A DNA stretch of 64,000 nt from Candidatus Micrarchaeia archaeon (GTDB lineage Archaea; Micrarchaeota; Micrarchaeia; Norongarragalinales; CAINOH01), in contig JBAYMJ010000002.1 in assembly GCA_041663565.1 (NCBI GenBank), positions 17,947 to 81,946 of the forward strand, read 5' to 3'. Below are positions 47,435 to 55,934 of this stretch, in pieces. Under the pieces are notes generated by a model. The model ran no database searches, was not told the DNA's origin, and saw nothing but the letters and a program-made list of their open reading frames with translations. Every line of letters starts with the position of its first letter. The stretch's first letter is position 1. A program made the position numbers and the translations under genes.

Positions 47435-48106
47435 ATGAACGAAGTTCCTGTTGCAACCCGAAAGGAAGACTACGCTCTCGTGCTCGATTACCTTCCCATA
47501 GGCAACTCGGGCGAGGCGCGCAAGGAGCCCATAATCCAGGTGATTGGCGAGCACTACTTCACTCTCTTGGAGATAGTAGTCACGCCGGGAAAGGCGTTCG
47601 CGCCGCTTGAGCGGGTTTACATCGGCAAGGGCGAGCGCCAGAACATCGCGCAGATACGCGGCCGCATCAACTACGACAAGCTCACAAGCACTGCCCAGCG
47701 CGAAATCGACACCGCAGTGCGCCAGATTGTCAAGTCGCGTGAGGCCGAGTTCGTGGCGTTCCTCAACCGCGCGGGCTCGATCAACATCCGCGCGCACTCC
47801 TTGGAACTCCTTCCGGGAATCGGCAAGAAGTACTTGGAAGAACTACTCCGCCAGCGCGAGCAGAAGCCGTTCGAGAGCTTCGCCGACGTCTCAACCCGCG
47901 TGTCGCACCTGGGAGACCCTACTGAAATATTCGTCTCGCGCATCCGCGAGGAGCTCAAGGGCAACGAGAAGTACTACATGTTCTCCAAGGCGCCCGCAGA
48001 GGAGCACTTCGACCGCGGCTACGACCGGCGCGAAGGGCACGGGTACACTCCCCGCGAAGGAAGCTACAGGCCGACCTACGGCTCACGCGACAGCTATCGC
48101 AGATAA
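47435..48106 (+). CDS. DUF655 family protein (OB plus helix-hairpin-helix; putative nucleic-acid binding)
   Basis: EDYALVLDYLP.G, GEHYFTLLEIV, YDKLTSTAQ and NIRAHSLELLPGIGKK. Sits in the conserved position after rpoF. Confidence 0.8.
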   Translation: MNEVPVATRKEDYALVLDYLPIGNSGEARKEPIIQVIGEHYFTLLEIVVTPGKAFAPLERVYIGKGERQNIAQIRGRINYDKLTSTAQREIDTAVRQIVKSREAEFVAFLNRAGSINIRAHSLELLPGIGKKYLEELLRQREQKPFESFADVSTRVSHLGDPTEIFVSRIREELKGNEKYYMFSKAPAEEHFDRGYDRREGHGYTPREGSYRPTYGSRDSYRR

Positions 48107-48157
48107 AACAAAAAATTAGATTAAGCGGCAATGAGTGCCGCGCTCTTTTTCTTTTAT

Positions 48158-48358
48158 TTAACGGCTGGCAAGCTTGATATCCTCGCTCGTCACGGTCTTC
48201 CTTCCAGCGTGCTTTGCAAGCTGGACCGCCTTCTGCGAGATGTCAATGGCCATGTCCTCGAGCACGTCCGCAAGTGCTTCCGAGGCATCCTCGGACACGC
48301 GCTCCGCGCCGGCTTTACGAATGAGGCGCTCTACTGGCGCCAAAGGAACGTCACCCAT
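48158..48358 (-). CDS. Archaeal histone (HMf family)
   Basis: 66 aa: [22 protein letters not shown]...[18 protein letters not shown] is a canonical histone fold. Confidence 0.93.
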   Translation of the reverse strand: MGDVPLAPVERLIRKAGAERVSEDASEALADVLEDMAIDISQKAVQLAKHAGRKTVTSEDIKLASR

Positions 48359-48508
48359 CTTAAACGACCTCCGTTAGTTGAAATATACCATAGGAACGCT
48401 TATTATTTAATTTTGCGGAAGGATTGGGCGGCGATTCTGGCGCGTGCTTGTGACCGGAAAGCCGGTAGGCAACAATAGATAATTCTGCAAACAGTGTAAG
48501 TTTTTCGT

Positions 48509-50218
48509 ATGGATGACGGTGTGGCCAATGCCGGCCTTTCGCTGAAGAACGCTGATTCCGTCCAGCTGCGGCAATACCAGCTTGCTGCGGCAAAGACCGC
48601 GCTTGAAAAGGGCAACACGCTTGTTGTGATGCCAACTGCGCTGGGAAAGACTTTCGTCGCAATACTGGTAATCGCAAGGATGCTTTTCATTGAAAGGGAC
48701 GCCGCAAGGAAGGCAGCGGAAAAAGGGACAAAGGAAACCGCCGCAAGTGCAACAGCACAACCAGGCGCAACGGCCCAAGGCCCAAAGGCCGAAACAGGGC
48801 CGAAGGAAGGGAAATATCTTTTCCTCACTCCCACCAAGCCCCTGGCAATCCAGCAGGAGCGGGTGCTTCTGGAGACTCTTGACATCTCGGACGAGGAGTC
48901 CTGCGTGCTCACAGGCGAGACCGCGCCTGCAAACCGTGAGGCGCTGTGGAAGGAGCGCAAGTTCTTCTGCTCAACCCCGCAGACCGTTGAGCACGACATC
49001 CTTACCGGAAAGGTTGACCTGAAGGACTTCAAGCTGATTGTGTTTGATGAAGTCCACCACGCGGTGAAGAACTACGCCTACTCGTTCATAGCAAGGCAGG
49101 CTACTGCGCAGAGCCCATCCTGCCTCCTGCTCGGCTTGACAGCATCGCCTTCAGCTGACAAGGAAAAGGTTGCAGAAATCTGCTCCAACCTCAACATCAA
49201 GAACATCGAAGTTGTCACGGGCGAGGAAAAAAACGTCGAGGCATACTCCAAGGATTTGGATGTTGACAAGATTTTCGTCGATATGTACCAAGAGCAGAAG
49301 GAAATATCGCAAGTGCTGCGCGAGATGCTTTCGGACTGCCTCAAGGAGCTCAAGAAGATGGGGCTTGCAAAGTCAGCGGCAATATCCATTGACAAGCACG
49401 AATTGCTTGAGATGCGCACCCTGCTTTTGTCCGAGCTTGCGAAGGGCAACACGAACGCCTACCGCGGCCTGAGCCTGCAGGCAAAGGCGATGAACATACT
49501 GCACGCAATCGACCTGCTTGAGGCCGAAGGAATCAACTCGCTCAAGCGCTTCCTTGACTCGCTTACCGGCCGCGAGAAGAAGACCAAGGCAATACGCGAG
49601 CTGATGGCAGACTCGAGGTTTACAACAGTCAGGTCAACTGCTGACCTTGCGCTTCTCAAGGGACTCAACCACCCCAAGATGGGAAAGCTGAGGGCAATAC
49701 TTGAGGAAGTTGCAGACAAAGGACAGTCCGCAATAGTGTTTGCGCACTACAGGCATTCAGTTGAATCAATACTCGAGGAAATCAAGGCAAACCCCAAAAT
49801 CCGAGCCGCAGCTTTCGTCGGCAAGTCCAACGAGGGGATGAGCCAGAAGAAGCAGCACGAGACCCTTGAGAAGTTCAGGGCAGGAGAATACAATGTGTTG
49901 ATATCGACTTCGATCGGAGAAGAAGGCCTCGACATTCCAAGAGTTGACCTCGTAGTATTCTACGAATCAGTCCCTTCTGAAATCCGCCTCATCCAACGCC
50001 GGGGCCGCGCTGGCCGCGTGCGTGCGGGAAATGTGCTGATGCTTGTCACCCGCGGCACCAAGGACGAGGCGTTCCTGTGGATTGCAAAGCGCAAGGAAAG
50101 GCAGATGCACGAGAACATGCGCGAGCTCAAAAAAAGCATCGACCGGGGAGACAAGGACGCGGCTTTTGCGGGAACAAGCTTTGACAAGCGGCAGAAGAAG
50201 ATTGACGAGTTCTTCTGA
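48509..50218 (+). CDS. hef: Hef/FANCM-like superfamily 2 helicase (helicase part only, no ERCC4 nuclease domain)
   Basis: LRQYQL, VVMPTALGKT (motif I), VFDEVHHAV (motif II), GLTASP, and helicase C motifs TSIGEEGLDIP and QRRGRAGR. A Lys/Ala/Thr-rich insertion follows motif I. Confidence 0.82.
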   Translation: MDDGVANAGLSLKNADSVQLRQYQLAAAKTALEKGNTLVVMPTALGKTFVAILVIARMLFIERDAARKAAEKGTKETAASATAQPGATAQGPKAETGPKEGKYLFLTPTKPLAIQQERVLLETLDISDEESCVLTGETAPANREALWKERKFFCSTPQTVEHDILTGKVDLKDFKLIVFDEVHHAVKNYAYSFIARQATAQSPSCLLLGLTASPSADKEKVAEICSNLNIKNIEVVTGEEKNVEAYSKDLDVDKIFVDMYQEQKEISQVLREMLSDCLKELKKMGLAKSAAISIDKHELLEMRTLLLSELAKGNTNAYRGLSLQAKAMNILHAIDLLEAEGINSLKRFLDSLTGREKKTKAIRELMADSRFTTVRSTADLALLKGLNHPKMGKLRAILEEVADKGQSAIVFAHYRHSVESILEEIKANPKIRAAAFVGKSNEGMSQKKQHETLEKFRAGEYNVLISTSIGEEGLDIPRVDLVVFYESVPSEIRLIQRRGRAGRVRAGNVLMLVTRGTKDEAFLWIAKRKERQMHENMRELKKSIDRGDKDAAFAGTSFDKRQKKIDEFF

Positions 50219-50291
50219 AGGCCAAGGACGGCAACGCCCCCGGCAAACACGCCTTGCACTTTCCGGCAGAAGCCGCAGAATCGCCCATTTT

Positions 50292-50319
50292 ATTAATATA
50301 AGCGTTTTCTTATATTAGT
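50292..50319. promoter_or_regulatory. Inverted-repeat operator overlapping the arsR promoter and start
   Basis: ATTAATATAAG-n6-CTTATATTAGT (10 of 11 positions complementary). The AT-rich left arm doubles as a TATA-like element about 25 nt upstream of the GTG start at 50318. Confidence 0.5.
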
Positions 50320-50569
50320 GGACACTAAAACCAAGACCCTGAAGGCAGTCTCCGACCCCACGCGGCTTTCTCTCCTGCAGAGGATTGCAAAGGGAGAAAT
50401 CTGCGCCTGCAAGCTCAAGTGCGGCAAGGTAAGCCAGCCCGCTGTTTCGCAGCACCTCTCGACATTGCTTTGCGCGGGGCTTGTGAGGGTGCGCAATGAC
50501 GGCGCAAAAAGATTCTACTCGATTACCCAGAAGGCAACAAAAATACTGGATGACATTTCAGGATGGTAA
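50318..50569 (+). CDS. ArsR/SmtB family metalloregulator
   Basis: LKAVSDPTRLSLLQRIAKGEICACKL....VSQPAVSQHLSTLLCAGLV: winged HTH with a CxC metal-site motif. Confidence 0.88.
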   Translation: MDTKTKTLKAVSDPTRLSLLQRIAKGEICACKLKCGKVSQPAVSQHLSTLLCAGLVRVRNDGAKRFYSITQKATKILDDISGW

Positions 50570-50594
50570 ACCCAATCGGGGATGCAGAACGCAA

Positions 50595-50909
50595 ATGAAA
50601 ATCGAAATATTCGGAACCGGATGCCCCGCCTGCCTGGAGCTTGAAAAGAGGGCCAAGGCGGCTGTTGCAAAGCTCAAGGCAAAGGCTACGGTCTCGCACG
50701 TATTTGACATCAACGAAATCGCCGACCGCGGAGTCTATGCAGTGCCTGCAATCGCAATTGACGGCAAGGTAGTACTCTCAGGAAAGGTCGCCTCGCAGGA
50801 AGAGATTGAGAAGGCGATTGCAAAGAAGTCGAAAGAAAAGACAACAGGAAAAACAAAGCCGACAAAGAAGGCCAAGACAACTGCAAAGAAAAAACAAAAA
50901 TCGAAGTAG
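50595..50909 (+). CDS. Thioredoxin-fold redox-active disulfide protein with a Lys-rich tail
   Basis: MKIEIFGTGCPACLELEKR...VPAIAIDGKVV matches the small CPxC thioredoxin-like family commonly paired with ArsR and a permease. Tail KKSKEKTTGKTKPTKKAKTTAKKKQKSK. Confidence 0.8.
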   Translation: MKIEIFGTGCPACLELEKRAKAAVAKLKAKATVSHVFDINEIADRGVYAVPAIAIDGKVVLSGKVASQEEIEKAIAKKSKEKTTGKTKPTKKAKTTAKKKQKSK

Positions 50910-50912
50910 ACG

Positions 50913-51962
50913 ATGCAAATGGACTTTTCACTCTTGTTTATCGCAGGGCTTTCCGCAATCTGGGACTATATAGCACTGCACACGCTCTTCTGCCTCATCC
51001 CCGCATTCTTCATAGCTGGAGCGATGAGTGCACTCATACCAAAGGACCTGCTCTTGCCCTACCTGGGAAAGAAGGCGTCGAACTTCGTCTCGTACCCGAT
51101 AGCGGTGCTTGCGGGGTTGCTCCTTGCAGTATGCTCGTGCACCGTGCTTCCTTTGTTTGCGGGAATCAGAAAGAGCGGAGCTGGAATCGGTCCGGCAATC
51201 GCGTTCCTATACACCGCGCCTGCAACCAACATCCTTGCAATCACCTACACAAGCAGCCTGATTGGCTGGGACATAGCGCTGTGGAGAATCGCGTTTTCAA
51301 TAGTCTTTGCAATTGCAATCGGAATCATCATTGACAAGATTTTCAAGGACGAAGACGTAAAGGCGGCTGCGAACCTGTTTGGCAAAAAGAAAAAGGACAA
51401 GAACACCGTCAAGAGGCTCCTGATGCTCTTCGTGCCCCTTGTTGCGATACTGCTTGCAGGGACGCGGCTTGAGGAGGGAATAATCAAGTACGCGGCGATA
51501 GCGGCGCTTGTAGCGGCAACGGCCTTTGCTGCAAAGAAATACTACACCAGAGAAGAAATCGACTATTGGATGTCGGAGTCCTGGCGCTTCTTTGCAATGA
51601 TATTCCCGATGCTAGTTGCAGGAGTGTTCATCGCAGGGGTCCTGGGCGCTGCCCTGCCCGCTGACCTGGTCGCACAATACGTCGGCAACAATGGATTCCT
51701 TGCAGTTCTCATCCCAGTTGTGTTCGGGCTGTTCATGTACTTCCCGACCCTGGTAGAAGTGCCGATGGCAAAGACGTTCCTCGAACTGGGGATGGCAAAG
51801 GGCCCGCTCTTGGCATACCTGCTTGCCGACCCGGTAATTTCGCTTCCCAGCATGCTTGCAGTCAACAAGATAATGGGAACGCACAGGACCATAGTCTACG
51901 CGGGATTGATATTGGTGTTCACAGTTGCGGCGGGACTCCTGTATGGGGCCATTGCGGCGTAA
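50913..51962 (+). CDS. Permease of the DUF318/ArsP-like family
   Basis: Polytopic protein with LLAVCSCTVLPLFAGIRKSGAGIGPAIAFLYTAPATN (vicinal Cys motif) and a second half ending in the PTLVEVPMAK region. Confidence 0.75.
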   Translation: MQMDFSLLFIAGLSAIWDYIALHTLFCLIPAFFIAGAMSALIPKDLLLPYLGKKASNFVSYPIAVLAGLLLAVCSCTVLPLFAGIRKSGAGIGPAIAFLYTAPATNILAITYTSSLIGWDIALWRIAFSIVFAIAIGIIIDKIFKDEDVKAAANLFGKKKKDKNTVKRLLMLFVPLVAILLAGTRLEEGIIKYAAIAALVAATAFAAKKYYTREEIDYWMSESWRFFAMIFPMLVAGVFIAGVLGAALPADLVAQYVGNNGFLAVLIPVVFGLFMYFPTLVEVPMAKTFLELGMAKGPLLAYLLADPVISLPSMLAVNKIMGTHRTIVYAGLILVFTVAAGLLYGAIAA

Positions 51963-52028
51963 TGCGAATGGGACTGCAACAGGTAAAAAATCCGATTAAA
52001 CAGAATAAATGGAGAAAAAAGGTCGATT

Positions 52029-53261
52029 ATGATGATAAAAGGCGCAAAGGACTTCCTCTCAATCCCGTTCAACCGCAACCTGTTCATAGCACTAGCTGTG
52101 ATTGGCTTTTTCTTGCTTGCATTCGAGCAGGCGCAGATGCCGACAACAGGCACGGTTGCAAACAACGGCACCTGCATTGACAACCTCACAGTTCACTTCT
52201 TCTACCTGCCCACGTGCCCGCACTGCGCCGAGCAAAAACCGTTCAACGCCGAGCTGATGAAGGAATACCCGCAAGTCACGTGGATACAGCACGACATCTC
52301 AAAGACATCCGAAGCGCAAGTCATGTCGCAGATGATGATTGACCACGGAATGGAGGGAGACAACCTGCGCGTGCCCATGACGTTCATCGGCAACAAGTAC
52401 ATCCTCGGATATGAGTCCAAGATAACGACCGGAGTCCAGCTCAAGGCGATGCTTGCGGACTACGTCGCAAAGAACCCGCAGGCTTCAAACAACTCGGCAA
52501 ACGCCAACGAAAGCAGGTTCACCCTCGACATACCTTTCCTTGGAAAGACCAACCTGGCCGAGATGTCCCTTCCGGCCCTTGCAGTTGTCCTCGGCCTGGT
52601 TGACGGCTTCAACCCGTGCGCGATGTGGGTGCTCGTGTACCTGATTGCGCTCGTGATGGAGCTCAACGACAAGAAAAGGATGTGGCTCATCGTGGGGACG
52701 TTCCTGCTTGCTTCGGGAATACTCTACTTCCTGTTCATGACCGCCTGGCTCAACCTGTTCCTATTGGTCGGCTACCTGCGTCCGATAATGATAATCATCG
52801 GCCTGATTGCGCTTGGCAGCGGAATACTTGCAGTCAGGGAGTACCTGCTTACAGGCGGAAGGCCGGTTTGCAAGATTGGTGACGAGGAGGAGAAGCTTGG
52901 CACGATGGGCAGGATGAAGGAAATCATCGCCTCGCCCCTTACGGTCTCTACGGTCCTTGCCATAATCGCGCTTGCCTTTGCGGTGAATTCGGTCGAGTTC
53001 ATGTGCTCAGCCGGGATTCCCGCGGTGTTCACCCAGATTCTTGCGCTGTCCAACCTCGGCGGCCTGGAATACTACGGCTACATACTACTCTACACGCTGT
53101 TCTTCATGCTGGACGACCTGGTAATATTCGGGGTCGCCGCATTCGCGCTCTCGTCCTCGGACGTAATGGACCGCTACGCCGGATTTTCCAAGATTGTGGG
53201 CGGCTCGATTCTGTTCATACTGGGGCTGCTGATGCTTTTCGCTCCGGGACTGTTAAGGTAA
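52029..53261 (+). CDS. Thioredoxin-like domain (CPHC) fused to a DsbD/CcdA-like thiol-disulfide membrane module
   Basis: Signal anchor, then FFYLPTCPHCAEQKP (thioredoxin/glutaredoxin-like). A 6-TM domain follows with GFNPCAMWVL and FMCSAGIP Cys motifs. Confidence 0.65.
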   Translation: MMIKGAKDFLSIPFNRNLFIALAVIGFFLLAFEQAQMPTTGTVANNGTCIDNLTVHFFYLPTCPHCAEQKPFNAELMKEYPQVTWIQHDISKTSEAQVMSQMMIDHGMEGDNLRVPMTFIGNKYILGYESKITTGVQLKAMLADYVAKNPQASNNSANANESRFTLDIPFLGKTNLAEMSLPALAVVLGLVDGFNPCAMWVLVYLIALVMELNDKKRMWLIVGTFLLASGILYFLFMTAWLNLFLLVGYLRPIMIIIGLIALGSGILAVREYLLTGGRPVCKIGDEEEKLGTMGRMKEIIASPLTVSTVLAIIALAFAVNSVEFMCSAGIPAVFTQILALSNLGGLEYYGYILLYTLFFMLDDLVIFGVAAFALSSSDVMDRYAGFSKIVGGSILFILGLLMLFAPGLLR

Positions 53262-53291
53262 GCTTTTATTGATTGAACGCGTGGTCGAACT

Positions 53292-53702
53292 ATGGACCCG
53301 TTCAATATTCAAATAGAAAAAATTGAAGGCGTGACCTTGGTAGTATCAACAATCCTTTTCCCAGGGTATTTATTGTACGAATTGTTTTTTCCAACACATG
53401 ATATTGCTACAAAGCTACTTGCCAGCGTCTTTCTTGGAAGTATGATATTTACAATGGTAAACTTTTGCGATAGTTTTACCAACTACTTCAAAAAAATAAA
53501 AACACAAAATAAAGCGATTACATACTATTTTTTGTTTCTAGTTACGTTACTTTTGCTAGGGCTGAATATCCAACAAAAGATAACTATTTCAACACCCGAC
53601 TTAATTTTGACACTAGCGCTAGGTGTTGTTTCAATTCTCGTAATGGCAATAGTGTTCAAGTATGTTTTCAGAAAAACTAAGTCTCAAAGAAAGAAAAAAT
53701 AA
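53292..53702 (+). CDS. AT-rich orphan membrane protein (compositionally foreign)
   Basis: 136-aa ORF with 3-4 TM helices. G+C is about one third (20 of 60 in a counted stretch at 53341-53400) against well over half in the flanks. The stop abuts the tRNA-Gly 3' end. Confidence 0.55.
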   Translation: MDPFNIQIEKIEGVTLVVSTILFPGYLLYELFFPTHDIATKLLASVFLGSMIFTMVNFCDSFTNYFKKIKTQNKAITYYFLFLVTLLLLGLNIQQKITISTPDLILTLALGVVSILVMAIVFKYVFRKTKSQRKKK

Positions 53703-53703
53703 A

Positions 53704-53866
53704 TGCAGCCGCCGGGATTTGAACCCGGGTTTCGAGATTGGCAACCTCACGTCCTAGTGCCCGCCAAACCGATAAAGCGTTGGAGATTAGTCCAAAGACA
53801 GAATTCGGCGGCTCCAGGTTGTCCGGCCAAAGCCCCGAAGAGATAAGACCTCTGGACTACGGCTGC
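53704..53866 (-). tRNA. tRNA-Gly (anticodon GCC) carrying an insertion of about 90 nt (putative non-canonical intron) in the D-loop
   Basis: Minus strand reads GCAGCCG-TA-GTCC-AGAGGTC[about 90 nt]TA-GGAC-G-TGAGG-TTGCCAA-TCTCG-AAAC-CCGGG-TTCAAAT-CCCGG-CGGCTGC-A. All stems pair once the insert is removed. The exact intron borders were not resolved by eye. Confidence 0.7.
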
Positions 53867-53975
53867 ATCCTAGCTATTTGTTGGAAGAATAATTGTGAAA
53901 AGAAAGGTTAAAACGATTGCTGTGGGGGTGCAAAGCAGGCGCCTGCCGCAAAGGGCGCGCCGGAACGCAGCCCGC

Positions 53976-54158
53976 TCAGTGGGACACGTTGCTCATGTTC
54001 TGGAGGAAGTCGACGAAGCTGTGCGTCTGGTCGGTTATGGCGTTGTTGGCCTGGCCTGCGGAGCCTTGGACTATCATTATGACTATTGCCGCTATGAGAA
54101 CGCTGCCGCCCAGTATCAGGAGGTATTCGAATGCGCCCTGTCCGCGGAACCTTGCCAT
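53976..54158 (-). CDS. Small class III signal peptide (pilin-like) protein, 60 aa
   Basis: MARFRG/QGAFEYLLILGGSVLIAAIVIMIVQGSAGQANN... from ATG 54156-54158. The upstream part of ORF 53976..54239 is not needed. Confidence 0.72.
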   Translation of the reverse strand: MARFRGQGAFEYLLILGGSVLIAAIVIMIVQGSAGQANNAITDQTHSFVDFLQNMSNVSH

Positions 54159-54257
54159 AGAAACCAAAAATACTAACTGCTCGGCGCTATAAATAAGCCA
54201 TACCCACTCGGGGGGTGTCGGGACAACCGCAAGGCCCATGTGCCCACCAGCCCGGGA

Positions 54258-55934
54258 CTAACGCCTCTTCTTCCGGTAGCCAAACGCAAGCATCAGGCTG
54301 GCCAGCACAACTGCAAGCGCGGCCAACGCAAACTGCGGGGACGAAAGGACAGAGGACAGCTCCTGCCCGAGGGGGTCGGAGGTCGGGGCCGCTGTCGGGC
54401 GTTCGGAAAGGTCAACAGTAACCTCGCGGGCATATGTGATTTCGCCTATCTTGACCGAAAGGTTGGTCTCCAGCGGACCTGTTCCTGCCACGAGCGGGTA
54501 CGGCACCAGGAACTCCACGCGGGTGGTGTCGCCGACCGCAAGGTAGCTTATTGCCTGCGAAAAGTTGGAGCCCGGAACGGAAAGCGACACAACTGCGTCG
54601 GAGACCGGCGCGTTTCCGGTGTTGTGCAGCCAGAAGTAGAGCTGCACGCCGTCCGAAAGCTGCTTTGCGGCGAAGTTCTCAACTGCAACGGAAGCCGACG
54701 CCCGCGCCGAATCATCCTGCGAAGCAAGGAGGTACCCCGTCTGTTCGGACCCGTAAGCCGACACCGTTGAGGAATAGTTGTAGGAGTACCCGCCAACAAC
54801 CTTGAAGGGATACACCACGTCCCAGGATGCCGTTGCCTGCGAGCCAGCTGGGATTACGAGCACCTGCTCCTTTTCGCTTGGCGTTGAGAAGTCGGGGTGC
54901 AGCAAAAGAGAGACGGGCACCGCGATTGTCCGCGAAAGCAGGTTTTGCACTGTGGCGTTGACTATTGCAGTCTGGGACGCGCCGTGGACTTCGCCGGGAA
55001 ACGAGGCGGAAAGCAGAAAGAACTGCGAATAACCCGGCTGCGAGATGAAGGAGAAGCTGTTTGCCGCGCTGATCGTCGTGCCGGACAGGTCGCTTGTGCC
55101 GGTTGCCTTGAGGGAATACTTCGTGTCCTCCTGGTCGCGTCCGACTGCCAGGCGAAGGTGCGAAGCGTCGATGAAGAAAATCTCGTTGAAAGTCGGGTCT
55201 ATGGGCACCCACTTGCCATCGACCGCAGCTTCCACCCACGCGTGCGGCTGCCAGTCCTCGCCCGAGTACGCGAAGCCGACAACGTGCCGCGCGGGAATCT
55301 TCCGAGAACGCAGCAGCGCCTCCAGAAGGTGCGCCTTCTCGTCGCACGTGCCGCGGCCTGCCGCAAGAGTTGCAGTCGAGTCAAGCGCTTCGTCCTTGTA
55401 CTTGGAGTCGTAGACTATGTTTTCATAAACCCAGGAGGAAAGCGCCGCAACCGCTTCGCCTGCGCCTGTCGCATTCGACGCAATTGACGCGGCAAGCGAC
55501 TCGGCCTGCGAATCTACTATCACGAGCTTGCTTTGGGAAAGGTAATCGGCGCCCGAACCCGCCACTGGCTCGAAATCGCACCGCGACGGGTCGTAGGAGA
55601 CGTTGACCAAGGCGTCGATGGCAATCCTGTTCGGCTCGTTTGGGACGGGCTTGTAGTGGAAGGATAGCACGGTGTTGCCGAAAGAATCGGTTGAAACGGA
55701 GTACGCGCCGGACGAGTTGAAGGTAGCGGACTGGGCCGAAAAGTTGCCGAACGCGTAGGTTGAGAATATGACGTCGGTTGCCGCTGGCGGGACGAGGATG
55801 GAATACTCGAGCCGGGCCGCAACGATGGAGGAGCCGATTGCGCCTGATGATTGGGCGAAGGCAAATGGGACAAGGACTGCAACGGTGACAAGAAAGACCG
55901 CTAGAGCCTGAAATTTCCCCTTGGCAGCAATCAA
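54258..55934 (-). CDS. Secreted transglutaminase-like cysteine protease-fold protein with a C-terminal membrane anchor
   Basis: Signal KFQALAVFLVTVAVLVPFAFA/QS. Transglutaminase core GRGTCDEKAHLLEALLRSRKIPARHVVGF...HAWVE...WVPIDPT (Cys-His-Asp). C-terminal SPQFALAALAVVLASLMLAFGYRKKRR. TTG start 55932-55934 overlaps the rpr2 stop. Confidence 0.8.
   Translation of the reverse strand: MIAAKGKFQALAVFLVTVAVLVPFAFAQSSGAIGSSIVAARLEYSILVPPAATDVIFSTYAFGNFSAQSATFNSSGAYSVSTDSFGNTVLSFHYKPVPNEPNRIAIDALVNVSYDPSRCDFEPVAGSGADYLSQSKLVIVDSQAESLAASIASNATGAGEAVAALSSWVYENIVYDSKYKDEALDSTATLAAGRGTCDEKAHLLEALLRSRKIPARHVVGFAYSGEDWQPHAWVEAAVDGKWVPIDPTFNEIFFIDASHLRLAVGRDQEDTKYSLKATGTSDLSGTTISAANSFSFISQPGYSQFFLLSASFPGEVHGASQTAIVNATVQNLLSRTIAVPVSLLLHPDFSTPSEKEQVLVIPAGSQATASWDVVYPFKVVGGYSYNYSSTVSAYGSEQTGYLLASQDDSARASASVAVENFAAKQLSDGVQLYFWLHNTGNAPVSDAVVSLSVPGSNFSQAISYLAVGDTTRVEFLVPYPLVAGTGPLETNLSVKIGEITYAREVTVDLSERPTAAPTSDPLGQELSSVLSSPQFALAALAVVLASLMLAFGYRKKRR

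Noticed and set aside
53704-53866. Interpreting the long tRNA-Gly locus as two split tRNA halves or a pseudogene
   Set aside because: Both halves are contiguous and co-oriented, and every stem pairs once the insert is removed. An intron is the simpler reading, although it remains to be confirmed.
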